Shown here: one piece after another, positions 27,235 to 37,617 of the stretch | Position numbering within the stretch: the first letter of the stretch is position 1 | Layout: each line of letters starts with the position of its first letter | Assembly (NCBI GenBank): GCA_016845345.1 | Contig: JAERSV010000080.1 | Span: forward strand, 8,750-72,749 | DNA: 64,000 nucleotides | Reading direction: 5' to 3' | Source of the DNA: Methanobacteriota archaeon | Lineage (GTDB): Archaea; Thermoplasmatota; Poseidoniia; Poseidoniales; Thalassarchaeaceae | Notes under the pieces: model-generated | What the model saw: the letters and a program-made list of their open reading frames with translations, nothing else | What the model was told of the DNA's origin: nothing | Databases searched by the model: none | Made by a program: the position numbers and the translations under genes

Positions 27235-28599
27235 TCACAGATTGCCATTACAGACTGGACAATACTGCCAACTTTGTTCTACCCCAATCCCACAACGAGA
27301 GCAATTTTTTCCCGACTGAATGTTGTGGTGAATTGGTTGGGCTTGTGCTTGTGGAGCATGTGGTCCGCCACTTACCAAATCTGAAACTGAATCAAGGGCA
27401 GATTGCTCAGGATGGTTCGAAGGAGCCGCTGGCCACCCAGTATCAGGCATCTGTGGCGGTTCTTGAGATTGCAACCCTATTGCCGGGGCTGATGGAGAAC
27501 TTGAACCGATTGGAGCGCGCTTTGGTGTGACGGCTTGAGAGGGAGGTTGCACTGGTTCTGTCGGTGTGGGTTGTGCAATTTGTGGTTCTACAACAGGCTC
27601 AGGCTGTTCTACTACAGGTGGTGATGGTGAAATACCCTCTTGAAGAGTTGAAACTGGTTCTGCATCCACTGGTGAAACCGGCACATCTATATCTGCAGCA
27701 GCAGAAAACTGAGAAGCGAATGCATCGCTAGCATCAACCTGCTTAACCTCTGTTGGTCGATTTGATTCAATTTCAAGTGCTGGTTCCTTTGCAATAACCA
27801 TGGGTTTAGTTACCGCTTCTTCAGTCGGTTTTTGAGATACCACATTTACCGGTTGAGGAGATGTTGGTGCTGGCGCTGGCGCTACTACTGGCGCAGGCGA
27901 AGGCACCATGGCTGGCGCTGGTGATGGCACAGACGCAGGCGCTGGACCAACTTGCGGTGTTGGCGTCGGCGCTACGACAGGAGCCGGAGCTGGCTGAGTT
28001 GCATGAGTTGGTGCACCAAGACATGAAATTGGCGTCACGGACCCCGTCTTGGCCTGCTCAATTGCGATATTCAATTCTTGAGATAATTGTAACAAGACTG
28101 CTTTGTTGGCGGCCGGTGACGCGACCAATCCTGCATATTGTGAAACATAATGTCCGAGTAATGGTAATCCACCGATTAAATGCCCCAGTCCGAACATTTT
28201 GAGTAGAGAAAAGATATCTGTTAGTGATTCAAGTGCATTCATCTCGTGTTCGACAAAACCTGGGTGTACTCCTACGTTACCCTCCGAATCTTCTCCCCCA
28301 AGGAAAAACCTGAGTGGATCGCTGAGAGAAACTAGACCAAAAGGCCCTGTCAGGAGATAATATATCTCGCCACCCTCACAACTAAGTCTTTGAGCAGCCT
28401 CTTCAAAACCAAATTCTGGTTGTAAAACCAAATCAATAGCGATTGAGAAAAACTCACCCATTCCATTTATTGGGTCTGTCTGATTAAGGTGCAAGATAAT
28501 GTCAGCCGAATCTGTTACACCGAAGTATGCTGCAGCTTCGTCCACAGCAATTCCTTGCGGCAATGAGGCTCCTTCAACCTCAACCTCGCTTGGATTCAT
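27235..28599 (-). CDS. Hypothetical protein with N-terminal globular domain, ~200-aa Pro/Ala/Val-rich linker and C-terminal CxxC...CxxC zinc ribbon
   Basis: It has PAPAPVVAPTPTPQVGPAPASVPSPAPA repeats and the C-terminus CSRCGIGVEQSWQYCPVCNGNL. Its start lies 27 nt after the stop of the giant gene upstream, on the same strand. Confidence 0.5.
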   Translation of the reverse strand: MNPSEVEVEGASLPQGIAVDEAAAYFGVTDSADIILHLNQTDPINGMGEFFSIAIDLVLQPEFGFEEAAQRLSCEGGEIYYLLTGPFGLVSLSDPLRFFLGGEDSEGNVGVHPGFVEHEMNALESLTDIFSLLKMFGLGHLIGGLPLLGHYVSQYAGLVASPAANKAVLLQLSQELNIAIEQAKTGSVTPISCLGAPTHATQPAPAPVVAPTPTPQVGPAPASVPSPAPAMVPSPAPVVAPAPAPTSPQPVNVVSQKPTEEAVTKPMVIAKEPALEIESNRPTEVKQVDASDAFASQFSAAADIDVPVSPVDAEPVSTLQEGISPSPPVVEQPEPVVEPQIAQPTPTEPVQPPSQAVTPKRAPIGSSSPSAPAIGLQSQEPPQMPDTGWPAAPSNHPEQSALDSVSDLVSGGPHAPQAQAQPIHHNIQSGKNCSRCGIGVEQSWQYCPVCNGNL

Positions 28600-28625
28600 T
28601 TGTCATTCTCTCCTGATTAATTCGT

Positions 28626-31600
28626 TCAATTTAATCCTGCTTCATTGACAATATATCTAGATTGTTTTGCATTCCAACCACTGGTTTGCAATTGACGAAG
28701 AATATTTCTTTCTGCTTCACCTGAGGCAATTGATTCACGGGCTTCACCAAGGGACTTTTCATAGTTTGCAGAATCTCTTGGAGTGAAAAGGTCCTCCCAC
28801 TTTTTCGGTGCCGTGGACTTTTTCGATTTCCTAGCTCCTTCCTCTGATTTGGTTCCACTTGGCTTCTTTCGTGTGGACCTTGTCTTTACATTCTCTGGCT
28901 TTGGTGCACCCGCAACCTTGCGAACTTTGCGCGAAGAAGCATCAGCCGGAGGCGCATCATCTGAAACTACGGTCCTGCGTGTTTTCTTGGCTCGAGGTGC
29001 GGGACTTGATGGGCTACTTCCTGCACGGCTTTGAGGCCCTGCACGGCCGGGAGGGCCGGCCGCTCGGCCCGGCGGCCCTCTTGAACCACCTGCGCTACTT
29101 GGGCCTCCTGCTTGAGGACCTCTAGAAGGCCCTCCACCTCCACGACTTGGAGGGGCTGCTCGTGCAGGAGGTGCACCTCGACTAGGTTGATTTCCTCCTA
29201 AGCCAGAAAAGTCCTGTCTTGCCGCAGGTGCGTTCCAACCACCTTGAGATCTTGAAGCAAATATATCATCATCGTCATCTTCTTCAAATTCATCATACAT
29301 ATCATCGTCATCATCATCCCAATCATCACCACCACGGATGATTCTAATGACAACCAATGAGATGATGACTAGAGCCAGTAAAGCCCCTATACCGGCACCG
29401 ATCATTTTCAGCGGCAATGTTGAAGATTCAGTTGAACCGTACCATTCATCGTACCATTCACAAGATTGATATTCTTCAGGAACAATCATTCCTGGACTTA
29501 ATGATGGATTGTAAAAATCCTCCCATTTTGTACATTCATCTACAGCATTACCATCGGCACCGGTTGCGGCTGGACATCCTACTCCTTGGACGCCATCTAT
29601 AACTCCGGGAGTAAATGGACATTCATCGCCTTCAAAACCTGAAATATTGTCACCAAACCCATCTCCATCGTTGTCTTTCCATTGGGTTGGGTCATTGATG
29701 AAAGCGTCAGCCCCTTCTTCAAAACCCCAGCCTGCCGCGGGGTCTGACCAACCATCACCGTCTGTATCAGGGCAACCCCAACGGTCACCGTTAGGTGGGC
29801 CTGTTGAATTACCTGCAACATTTGTACAACTATCACCTTGGAAACCACTCAATTCGTTTCCAAAGCCATCCATATCTAAGTCACCCCACTGGGTAGACTC
29901 AAGAGGAAATTTATCTACGTCATCAAAGAAGCCGTCGCCGTCTGTATCAATGTCATTTCGTGGACAACCGACTTCATTCACTTCGGCACCAGCAATAGTC
30001 CCAGCACATTCATCTAAGGCGTTTGAAACACCATCATTATCCTCATCCAGTTGATATGTAGCACATCCTGTTACATTATTGAAAAACTCATCAATTCGAA
30101 GCAGATCTGTGTCTGGGCATTCATCCTCAATGTCAGGGACACCATCCTCATCAGTATCAAGCGTCAATTGGTCCTGACTACAACCGTTTACATCAACCTC
30201 CGCAAGCGCAGTCGTGTTAGCACAACGGTCTAATGAATTTGAGACACCATCACCGTCGTCATCCTTTTGATTTTCAGAACAACCCTTCCATTGACCAGAG
30301 GTATCAACCACCTCCCCAATTGTAGTATTACCACAAATGTCGTCATCATCGATGATACCATCGCCATCAGAATCCTCTGCAGGAAGGGGGCATCCGCGTC
30401 CACCATCCCCATTCGCATAGCCAAATTGTTGGGGGCAAAAATCTCCATTTGTACGATTTGTGAAATCTCCATAGCCATCGCCATCGGAATCTCTCCATTG
30501 TTCTGGATTAGAGCTATTTGAATCGGCGTTGCCCGTCGGGTGTGCACTCTCTAAAGTATCTGGATTAGACCAGCCATCCCCATCATCATCTAGACATCCA
30601 AATCTATCAACACTTGAGTTACCCCAAGAAACTGGACAAGAATCGGGAGTAGTGCCTGTGGGATTATCACCAAAACCATCTAGATCGGTGTCATTCCACT
30701 GGGTTGGGTCCTCATTGAAAGCATCTTGCCGCCAAGCATCAGTCGTGGTATTATCTCCATAACCATCCCCATCTTTGTCATGCCATTGTTGAGAACAATT
30801 GGCGATACTACCACACGGTTCACCCGCATTTCCATTTCCACCCGGCCAATTATCAGCGCATCCATTTCGGCCATCTGAATCTATTGCATTACATTGGCTA
30901 CGATTGTAAATCCATGTGCTTTCTTGCGCATTTTGGGCTATGTGAGGGTCTGACCAACCATCACCATCTGTATCTAAACAGCCACCACGGTCATGAGCAG
31001 AAAAACCCTGTAACTCAGGGCACTGGTCACCTGTCCAATCAATATTGAACCAATCAGGTTGATTATCACCATCAACATCATGGCCGTTGAATAAACGTAG
31101 GGTTTCGTTGGCAAATTGGAAATTATGGTTATCTCCCCAACCATCATTATCCAAGTCCTCCCATTGGTTTCCATTCAAGGGATAAATATCAGTTGAAGAA
31201 CTCCCACAGCAATCAGGTCCGTGGTTATCATAATGGCCATCTTCATCTGTGTCTCTCTGTTGATGCCAATTCACAGGGTTTTGGTCGCCATCTGTACTCC
31301 AACCATCACCATCAGAGTCTGCACAGCCTTTTCTGTCAACCCATGAGTTACCCCTAGTGTATAGACAAATATCAACAGCGTCTGCCCATCCATCTAGGTC
31401 TTGGTCACTACAGCCGAAGTATCCCCATCTACTTCCTCTATCAAGTAAATCAGTACCACTGTTAATGCACTGGTCGGGGGTAGGACCACCCGGATTATCT
31501 CCGTAGCCGTCAGCATCAGCATCATTCCACTGACCACCAACACGAGGGACCTCATCCCATGGTAGAGGCACGAAATCGCGGTCCCAATCATTGTAGATGC

Positions 31601-34600
31601 GATAACTTGTCAGACGGTTATTTGAATTCAGATCAAAGTGGCATGCTACAACTCTAATTACACCTGTAGCATCAGTTTCCATATCAACTCCGCAAATGTT
31701 ACCGGCTGCTGTTGCGGTATACACGGGCTCAACCGTTGAACCATGAATTATTGCCAATGTCATTCGCTCTACGCCGGGGCCACCATCAAATGCAATCCAA
31801 GGCACTCCTTCACCAGTACTTCCTGCACTAAACAAAACATTTGAGAAATAACCAATTGACAAAGCCACACAATTGGCCGTACTAATTGTACAGAGTTTTG
31901 CATCAGAGGTTTGGGTTTGTTCAGTAAACAACACCATGTTTTGGTTCAGAATATGTGACTTCAAATCTGATGTTGGAGTCAATGACGAAGTCATCAATGA
32001 TGTGACATTGCTTTCATTTACTGACAATACTTCTGCCACACCAGAATCATTTGCAAGGGCAACCTGCAAGGTTCCGTCGCTCAGGCAAGCAACATCATTG
32101 TCACTTTGGTATCCCCAAATTGAGAAGGTTGTAACAGTTCCACCCGCATCAATGTAACTTAGAGTCGTTTCGTTTGTACTAACAACTGAACTAACTAAGA
32201 CGCCAGTTCCATTATCAAGTTGACAACCAGAACTGGCACCATATTCTTCGGAGCCATTTGAATTTGTACCACTAATGTTCCAACTGTCGCTCACACTTGG
32301 TGATTGATGAGTTAAAGCATGTGTACTTGAAATTCCAGCCCCAAGCGAACTATTGGTTACTACTGTAGAAGTCAAGAATCCAGAATCTGTTTCCGCTCTC
32401 AATTCAACATCTGAAACTGTGGCATTTTGGTAAGATGTTGTGAAAATTAAACTCTGCTCATCATCAATAACCAAATCAATATCCATTCGATTATGTGTTG
32501 CAAGAGGATGCTGTGTTGTCAGAATAGTGTGAGCACTTTGCTCAACAAAATTATTATTGTCATCAAGTACAATTGTTTTTCCTGACCTCGTCACAACCAT
32601 TGATGCAATCTCGGAATATGAGATTCCTTGCCATTCCTCAGCAGAGTTTGTGACTGCATTTGGCCTTTCTAAATGCCGTGTTTGATTTAAAACACCTGAT
32701 TTCAAAAATAAGTGAAACCTTCCAGAATCATCCAAATGAAGGTCGGCATTATCAATGGCAGCACCCCCAGCAATCTGAATATCAGAATACTCATTATTTC
32801 GCTTTTCAATTTGAATGACTACACCTGCAGAGTTGCCATCCATGTCCTTATCAAGAGATGTAACGATGATTTCAAATTGACCATCTCCATCCGTATCTCC
32901 CCCACCATTTACAGTCCTTCCAAGGTGTTGGCCACTCACACCTTCCATGAGAATTGAGTTGACCCCTTGACGTAAAAGTTGAGAATTATCTGCGAAGAAG
33001 TACTCGACTTTCCCTGCACCAACGCTGTTAATTCCTATTGAAGAAATTGCAATTTCAGAAAGGCCGTCATCATTGATATCTCCGATCGCTGACAATGCGC
33101 TTCCAAATGCTTGACTTGATTCTGTACCGACCAACTCTTGTGCTGGGTTATCTGGAAGACCATTAGCCGAGCCACGTAGAACTGTTACTTTGCCCAATGC
33201 TAAATTGTCGTAAAGCGGTTCACTATATGCAAAATCATCATACCCATCTTCATTGACATCGCCTATTCCAAGTACAGAGTACCCAAGTAATGTGTTAGTT
33301 GTTGTAGTTGTCCAGTAATTATCTATTGACATCACTCCTGTTTGTGACCCTTTGTAAACCTCCACTCTACCATTTCCTGTAAGGTCGGAAAACGAGCCCG
33401 CTGCCCCCATCGCAATGTCATCAAATCCATCACCATTGATGTCACCAATTCCAGCTAGGGACCAACCTTGAATTACGTTCGACCAATATCCTCTGGTGTA
33501 CCAATCGTGATCTGTATCTGGCCCATTTGCTGAGCCCAAATAAAGGTAGACTTTTCCTTCACCACCTGATTGTGTAAATCCAGTTGCGGCAACAAGAATG
33601 TCGGCGTAACTGTCGTTATTGACATCGCCAGCTGATGAAACTGTTCCACCGAATTTATCTCCTCCTCCTTCACCTGAGTCGGACCAATTTGCAGTCGAAT
33701 AAGTGCGGTTTCCACCATAGAATAAGTAAGATGTTCCTGTTGCAAATCCTAGACTATTAGTTGCGCCAATAGCGCCAATCAGAAGATCTGAACAGCCATC
33801 ACCATTGACATCACCTGCATTGGCTATTGATGAGCCAAATCTATCTCCGCCGGCAGTTCCTGTAAGATTGTAATCAGGGTTAGATGAAAGTCCCATCCCT
33901 GAGCCCCAAAAGATGTCAACAGCACCTGTTTCAGAATTAGCAGCCGGCCGGCTAACAATCAAATCATCAGTTCCGTCACAATCAAAATCAAGGTCATTGA
34001 TGGCTTGAGTTGCATATTCATCACTGACTGCACCAGTCGTCAAAGTATCAATTGATGGTGAAAGACGACCATTTTCTTGTCCTGTCAAATCACGTACAAT
34101 GGTTAACTCAGAAGAATTTGAAGACCCGTAAACATACTGGATGTTGCCGGTTGATGGGTCCTCAGCAAATGACATGGCTGGCCCAAGGCCTTGCCCGGCA
34201 GTCAGAGATTTGAGATCCCAATTTCCATCTGTGTCTAAAACCCCATGAATTATTTGTGTGGTATCTAGATTTTTGTAGAATATGTGTAGAGCATCATCAG
34301 CGTCAATAAATGCATCATATTGCGTACCTACCCTTGTGCCCACTAACAAATCTTCGTGGGTCCACCACGTTCCATATGATGACAGATGAAGTCCATTGTC
34401 GGAATCTAGCCAAAGGACATTCTCAGCCCCGTCGGAATCAAGCAATATAGAAATTTGAGCGACTTGGCTCTCATTTTGAATAGTTCTCATATTCCAAAGT
34501 CCACTTGCTCTTTGATATGCCACTCTGAGGAATCCTGATTCATTTGTGTATGCAACATGTATCAATTCACGCTCATCAACGATGATTGAACATTTCTTGC

Positions 34601-35024
34601 CAAGTTCTACTCCGCCAGAATCAATTTGAGTCAAAGTGGTGTCACCACCAAATTCCAAAGTGGCAATCCATACACCTCCTGTATCCTGATGCAAACAACC
34701 TCTTGCTCTGCCTCTATCATCTCTTGAAAGTTCTATTTCATCGAAAGTTAGAGAGGTATTGAGGGCAGTTGTTTGCCAGACATCCATTCCTCGAGTTGAA
34801 TCAACTACCCAATCAGTAGCGTTGATAATCATAGTTTGGCCTGCAAATTGCTCACCACTGCCATTTGAAAATGAAGTGCTAGGGGCAATTACTTCATTTT
34901 CCTCAAGAGATAATTCTCCACTCGGTGATATTGAGAGAATTGGAGTCAGTACAGAAACCAACATCAAAAGAATCAATGCCGCAGGCAGTAACAACTCTCT
35001 GCTTGCTACTCTTTCGGCCCCCAT
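28626..35024 (-). CDS. Giant (2132 aa) type-I membrane surface protein with signal peptide, integrin-alpha-like FG-GAP repeats, many thrombospondin type-3-like Ca-binding repeats, a TM helix and a ~250-aa cytoplasmic tail
   Basis: FG-GAP-type repeats include DVNGDGCSDLLIGA, DINGDGFDDIAMGA and DVNEDGYDDFAYSEPLY. TSP3-type repeats include DADADGYGDNPGGPTPDQC, DSDGDGWSTDGDQNP and DKDGDGYGDNTTTD. The TM helix is IGAGIGALLALVIISLVVIRII. The tail starts with poly-Asp (DDWDDDDDDMYDEFEEDDDDD), then a Gly/Pro/Arg-rich stretch, then a Lys-rich stretch. Confidence 0.7.
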   Translation of the reverse strand: MGAERVASRELLLPAALILLMLVSVLTPILSISPSGELSLEENEVIAPSTSFSNGSGEQFAGQTMIINATDWVVDSTRGMDVWQTTALNTSLTFDEIELSRDDRGRARGCLHQDTGGVWIATLEFGGDTTLTQIDSGGVELGKKCSIIVDERELIHVAYTNESGFLRVAYQRASGLWNMRTIQNESQVAQISILLDSDGAENVLWLDSDNGLHLSSYGTWWTHEDLLVGTRVGTQYDAFIDADDALHIFYKNLDTTQIIHGVLDTDGNWDLKSLTAGQGLGPAMSFAEDPSTGNIQYVYGSSNSSELTIVRDLTGQENGRLSPSIDTLTTGAVSDEYATQAINDLDFDCDGTDDLIVSRPAANSETGAVDIFWGSGMGLSSNPDYNLTGTAGGDRFGSSIANAGDVNGDGCSDLLIGAIGATNSLGFATGTSYLFYGGNRTYSTANWSDSGEGGGDKFGGTVSSAGDVNNDSYADILVAATGFTQSGGEGKVYLYLGSANGPDTDHDWYTRGYWSNVIQGWSLAGIGDINGDGFDDIAMGAAGSFSDLTGNGRVEVYKGSQTGVMSIDNYWTTTTTNTLLGYSVLGIGDVNEDGYDDFAYSEPLYDNLALGKVTVLRGSANGLPDNPAQELVGTESSQAFGSALSAIGDINDDGLSEIAISSIGINSVGAGKVEYFFADNSQLLRQGVNSILMEGVSGQHLGRTVNGGGDTDGDGQFEIIVTSLDKDMDGNSAGVVIQIEKRNNEYSDIQIAGGAAIDNADLHLDDSGRFHLFLKSGVLNQTRHLERPNAVTNSAEEWQGISYSEIASMVVTRSGKTIVLDDNNNFVEQSAHTILTTQHPLATHNRMDIDLVIDDEQSLIFTTSYQNATVSDVELRAETDSGFLTSTVVTNSSLGAGISSTHALTHQSPSVSDSWNISGTNSNGSEEYGASSGCQLDNGTGVLVSSVVSTNETTLSYIDAGGTVTTFSIWGYQSDNDVACLSDGTLQVALANDSGVAEVLSVNESNVTSLMTSSLTPTSDLKSHILNQNMVLFTEQTQTSDAKLCTISTANCVALSIGYFSNVLFSAGSTGEGVPWIAFDGGPGVERMTLAIIHGSTVEPVYTATAAGNICGVDMETDATGVIRVVACHFDLNSNNRLTSYRIYNDWDRDFVPLPWDEVPRVGGQWNDADADGYGDNPGGPTPDQCINSGTDLLDRGSRWGYFGCSDQDLDGWADAVDICLYTRGNSWVDRKGCADSDGDGWSTDGDQNPVNWHQQRDTDEDGHYDNHGPDCCGSSSTDIYPLNGNQWEDLDNDGWGDNHNFQFANETLRLFNGHDVDGDNQPDWFNIDWTGDQCPELQGFSAHDRGGCLDTDGDGWSDPHIAQNAQESTWIYNRSQCNAIDSDGRNGCADNWPGGNGNAGEPCGSIANCSQQWHDKDGDGYGDNTTTDAWRQDAFNEDPTQWNDTDLDGFGDNPTGTTPDSCPVSWGNSSVDRFGCLDDDGDGWSNPDTLESAHPTGNADSNSSNPEQWRDSDGDGYGDFTNRTNGDFCPQQFGYANGDGGRGCPLPAEDSDGDGIIDDDDICGNTTIGEVVDTSGQWKGCSENQKDDDGDGVSNSLDRCANTTALAEVDVNGCSQDQLTLDTDEDGVPDIEDECPDTDLLRIDEFFNNVTGCATYQLDEDNDGVSNALDECAGTIAGAEVNEVGCPRNDIDTDGDGFFDDVDKFPLESTQWGDLDMDGFGNELSGFQGDSCTNVAGNSTGPPNGDRWGCPDTDGDGWSDPAAGWGFEEGADAFINDPTQWKDNDGDGFGDNISGFEGDECPFTPGVIDGVQGVGCPAATGADGNAVDECTKWEDFYNPSLSPGMIVPEEYQSCEWYDEWYGSTESSTLPLKMIGAGIGALLALVIISLVVIRIIRGGDDWDDDDDDMYDEFEEDDDDDIFASRSQGGWNAPAARQDFSGLGGNQPSRGAPPARAAPPSRGGGGPSRGPQAGGPSSAGGSRGPPGRAAGPPGRAGPQSRAGSSPSSPAPRAKKTRRTVVSDDAPPADASSRKVRKVAGAPKPENVKTRSTRKKPSGTKSEEGARKSKKSTAPKKWEDLFTPRDSANYEKSLGEARESIASGEAERNILRQLQTSGWNAKQSRYIVNEAGLN

Positions 35025-35122
35025 GGGGCCGATGGAAACATTGTTCCTGTAAAAGGGTAGTCAATAGATGTGGCTTACATTGGACTAGCAAAACGAATAA
35101 GTTAGCGGCCAGTACGACAATC

Positions 35123-35749
35123 GTGGAACAAGATGTAACACTGCTGATTGCGGCAGGAGAAGTCGGTGACAATTCCACAATAAAAACTGCTTGTAAAACG
35201 GCTTCAAGAGTAATCGCAGTCGATGGCGGAGTCAAGCATTTGAGACAACTAAATATCTCACCCAACATCATTGTTGGTGACCTTGACTCAGCTACAGATG
35301 ATGATATAGAATGGGCACAAAATGAGGGCGCAGAAACTCTTCGTTTAGACGGGCAATCTGAGAGTGATTTAGCAAAGGCACTTGACCTATGCGCACAACG
35401 AGGTTGGACAAAGGTGGTTGTGATTGGTGTGGAGGGTGGTCGGCCCGACCATCAAGTCGCGGTATTTGCAGCGCTTTCTGATGCTGATTCATCTCTTGAA
35501 ATTAAAACTCATCTTAATCGAACTTTAGTATTCAGATTTGTTGAAGGATTTGATGGCACCTTTTCTTCAATCGAAACGTTCTCCCTGTTCTCCCTAACAG
35601 ATGTCATAATTTCATTGAGAGATTGCCAGTGGGAACTTGATAATGAAAAATTAAGATTGTCGACTAGAGGATTATCAAACAAAGCCGCAGGTGATGTGAG
35701 ATTGAATGTTCATCATGGCGGCCCAGTATTTGTATTCGTCAATCTATGA
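35123..35749 (+). CDS. Thiamine pyrophosphokinase
   Basis: It has IIVGDLDS (GDxDS) and GVEGGRPDHQVA (GGRxDH) motifs. The ORF is open from 34925 but overlaps the divergent giant gene; GTG 35123 is proposed as the start. Confidence 0.55.
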   Translation: MEQDVTLLIAAGEVGDNSTIKTACKTASRVIAVDGGVKHLRQLNISPNIIVGDLDSATDDDIEWAQNEGAETLRLDGQSESDLAKALDLCAQRGWTKVVVIGVEGGRPDHQVAVFAALSDADSSLEIKTHLNRTLVFRFVEGFDGTFSSIETFSLFSLTDVIISLRDCQWELDNEKLRLSTRGLSNKAAGDVRLNVHHGGPVFVFVNL

Positions 35750-35792
35750 AATTTTGATTTCAACAAATTGAATCAAGTCCTATGCAAACATT

Positions 35793-36203
35793 CTACACCC
35801 ATGGTAAACCCAACGCAATCCCGACTAGGTCAAGGATTACATAATTCCAGACCATGTAAGTTACAAGAGTAATTGTGATTACTGCCAAAGATGTGTTAAC
35901 TATTCTACGACGCTCTCTTTTTGCATGGTCTAGTGTGCATATTCCACGGCTTCTGAAATGAAAGATTAACCCTGCTATCACCATTCCCAACGCAACTAAA
36001 TAAAGAATCGGACGAGCCACTCCGTAGTACAAATCATTCGATAATTGGTCGGCTGCTACTATCGCAGATGAACCCGCAAAAAGAACCCATATTACACTGG
36101 GAAAACAACACATGCTTGCCGTTAGTGCACCTAATCCAATCGTTTTCCATAATGATTTTGCCCCAGAAAGAATGTCTTCATCTTGTGCTGATTCTGAATC
36201 CAT
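35793..36203 (-). CDS. Small hypothetical membrane protein (4 TM)
   Basis: Hydrophobic profile only. Confidence 0.45.
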   Translation of the reverse strand: MDSESAQDEDILSGAKSLWKTIGLGALTASMCCFPSVIWVLFAGSSAIVAADQLSNDLYYGVARPILYLVALGMVIAGLIFHFRSRGICTLDHAKRERRRIVNTSLAVITITLVTYMVWNYVILDLVGIALGLPWV

Positions 36204-36273
36204 CTCATTACCTCCTGGTGATTTCTACCTTATCAATGAACAATTGATTAGAGCCACCTGTTCTGATTCAATT

Positions 36274-37617
36274 TTATACTTCGGAATAAGGTACCCACTG
36301 CCCAGATACTTGATCAAACCAATCAACAGCACCATCGGGATGTTGTCGCCAATAAACACCAGTTGGGTCGACGTAAGATGGTAAACCATCAGAGTCAGGT
36401 TCTAATTCCATGGCATTAACATCGCCATATGCCATTTCTTCCTCGCCGCGTCGATTCCACATTGCACCGCCAAATAATCCCAACAAGATTGCAACCCCAA
36501 TACCGATAATCAATACGACCCCTTGGGCCGCTAATATTGACTCGCCGAAGAATGGTGTTGGTTCATATTCTTCACCAAACGAACGTTCTGGCCACATATT
36601 TTCTGGTCCTGCCGCTTCTAACACTTCAGCAGATACTTCACCAATAGGTGGTAAGCGAACCAAATTGAATGCCCCTCGAGTTGATTGGCCTTCTGGTGAA
36701 GTCACGGTGACTCTGACCTTGCTGAATCCTACCTGCCATAGACGGCAATCAACTGTTGAAAATCCAGGAACTGAAACATCTTCTCCTCGAGGGTCAGTAA
36801 TTTCCCAATCAACAGTCATCAATGCCATCACAGTTCCAATTGATGGCTCGATTGCCACAGTACATGGCGAGCCAACTTCGTCATTATTTCCGGTTACATT
36901 GAGTGTGAACACTGGTGGAGGCAGAGAGTGAATAGTGAAATCTTTTGTTGTTGAAGTTGAGAATCCTAGAGTGTTCTGGTAAAACATTTCCAAGTGATAA
37001 TCACGAGCAGGCCATGTTGAGCAATCAATATCTGAAAGGTCACTAGGAACTAGCCAAGGTGTACCGCTCAGAGAAATAACACCAGTTGCGCCATAAAGGT
37101 CACCAATCTCATCAAGGAATACTCTTTCAACCACACAATCATCACCCAGGAAAATCGTAGGTGCTGCCTCTAAATCAAATCTTAAGTATGGGGCAGAGAG
37201 GCTCGCCATCAACTCATATTCACCAAAATCTTCTGAGAAAACTATCATGTTTGTCTCAGCGTCCCATACCTTCATTCTAACAATAAAAGTACCATCACCC
37301 CAAGCCTGAACATCTGTTGAACCAAAATAAGGGGTAGTACGGTTAAACGTTAGATTATCCCAGAAAGTGAGTGTCATGCCGGCATGCTCCACATCGATTT
37401 GAACTGCTGCTTCGGCATAGTGTGAAGTCGTGTTGAGAAGATAAACGACTCTGATGGTATCTCTATCGCCATCATTGTCTAAATCTAGCCTGTCAGCTCT
37501 TGAACTATCAACCCCAATGTGAGGTGCATCTTGGGCTGAAACTGCAGAGGCAAAAATAGGCATTAATAATACAATAAGTGACAAAAATGCTACATTCTGT
37601 TTACTCAAGGAGTTCAC
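36274..37617 (-). CDS. Hypothetical secreted surface protein with signal peptide, C-terminal TM and short cytoplasmic tail
   Basis: The signal is VAFLSLIVLLMPIFASAVSA and the C-terminal helix is VVLIIGIGVAILLGLFGGAMW. It overlaps the next gene by 17 nt. Confidence 0.5.
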   Translation of the reverse strand: MNSLSKQNVAFLSLIVLLMPIFASAVSAQDAPHIGVDSSRADRLDLDNDGDRDTIRVVYLLNTTSHYAEAAVQIDVEHAGMTLTFWDNLTFNRTTPYFGSTDVQAWGDGTFIVRMKVWDAETNMIVFSEDFGEYELMASLSAPYLRFDLEAAPTIFLGDDCVVERVFLDEIGDLYGATGVISLSGTPWLVPSDLSDIDCSTWPARDYHLEMFYQNTLGFSTSTTKDFTIHSLPPPVFTLNVTGNNDEVGSPCTVAIEPSIGTVMALMTVDWEITDPRGEDVSVPGFSTVDCRLWQVGFSKVRVTVTSPEGQSTRGAFNLVRLPPIGEVSAEVLEAAGPENMWPERSFGEEYEPTPFFGESILAAQGVVLIIGIGVAILLGLFGGAMWNRRGEEEMAYGDVNAMELEPDSDGLPSYVDPTGVYWRQHPDGAVDWFDQVSGQWVPYSEV

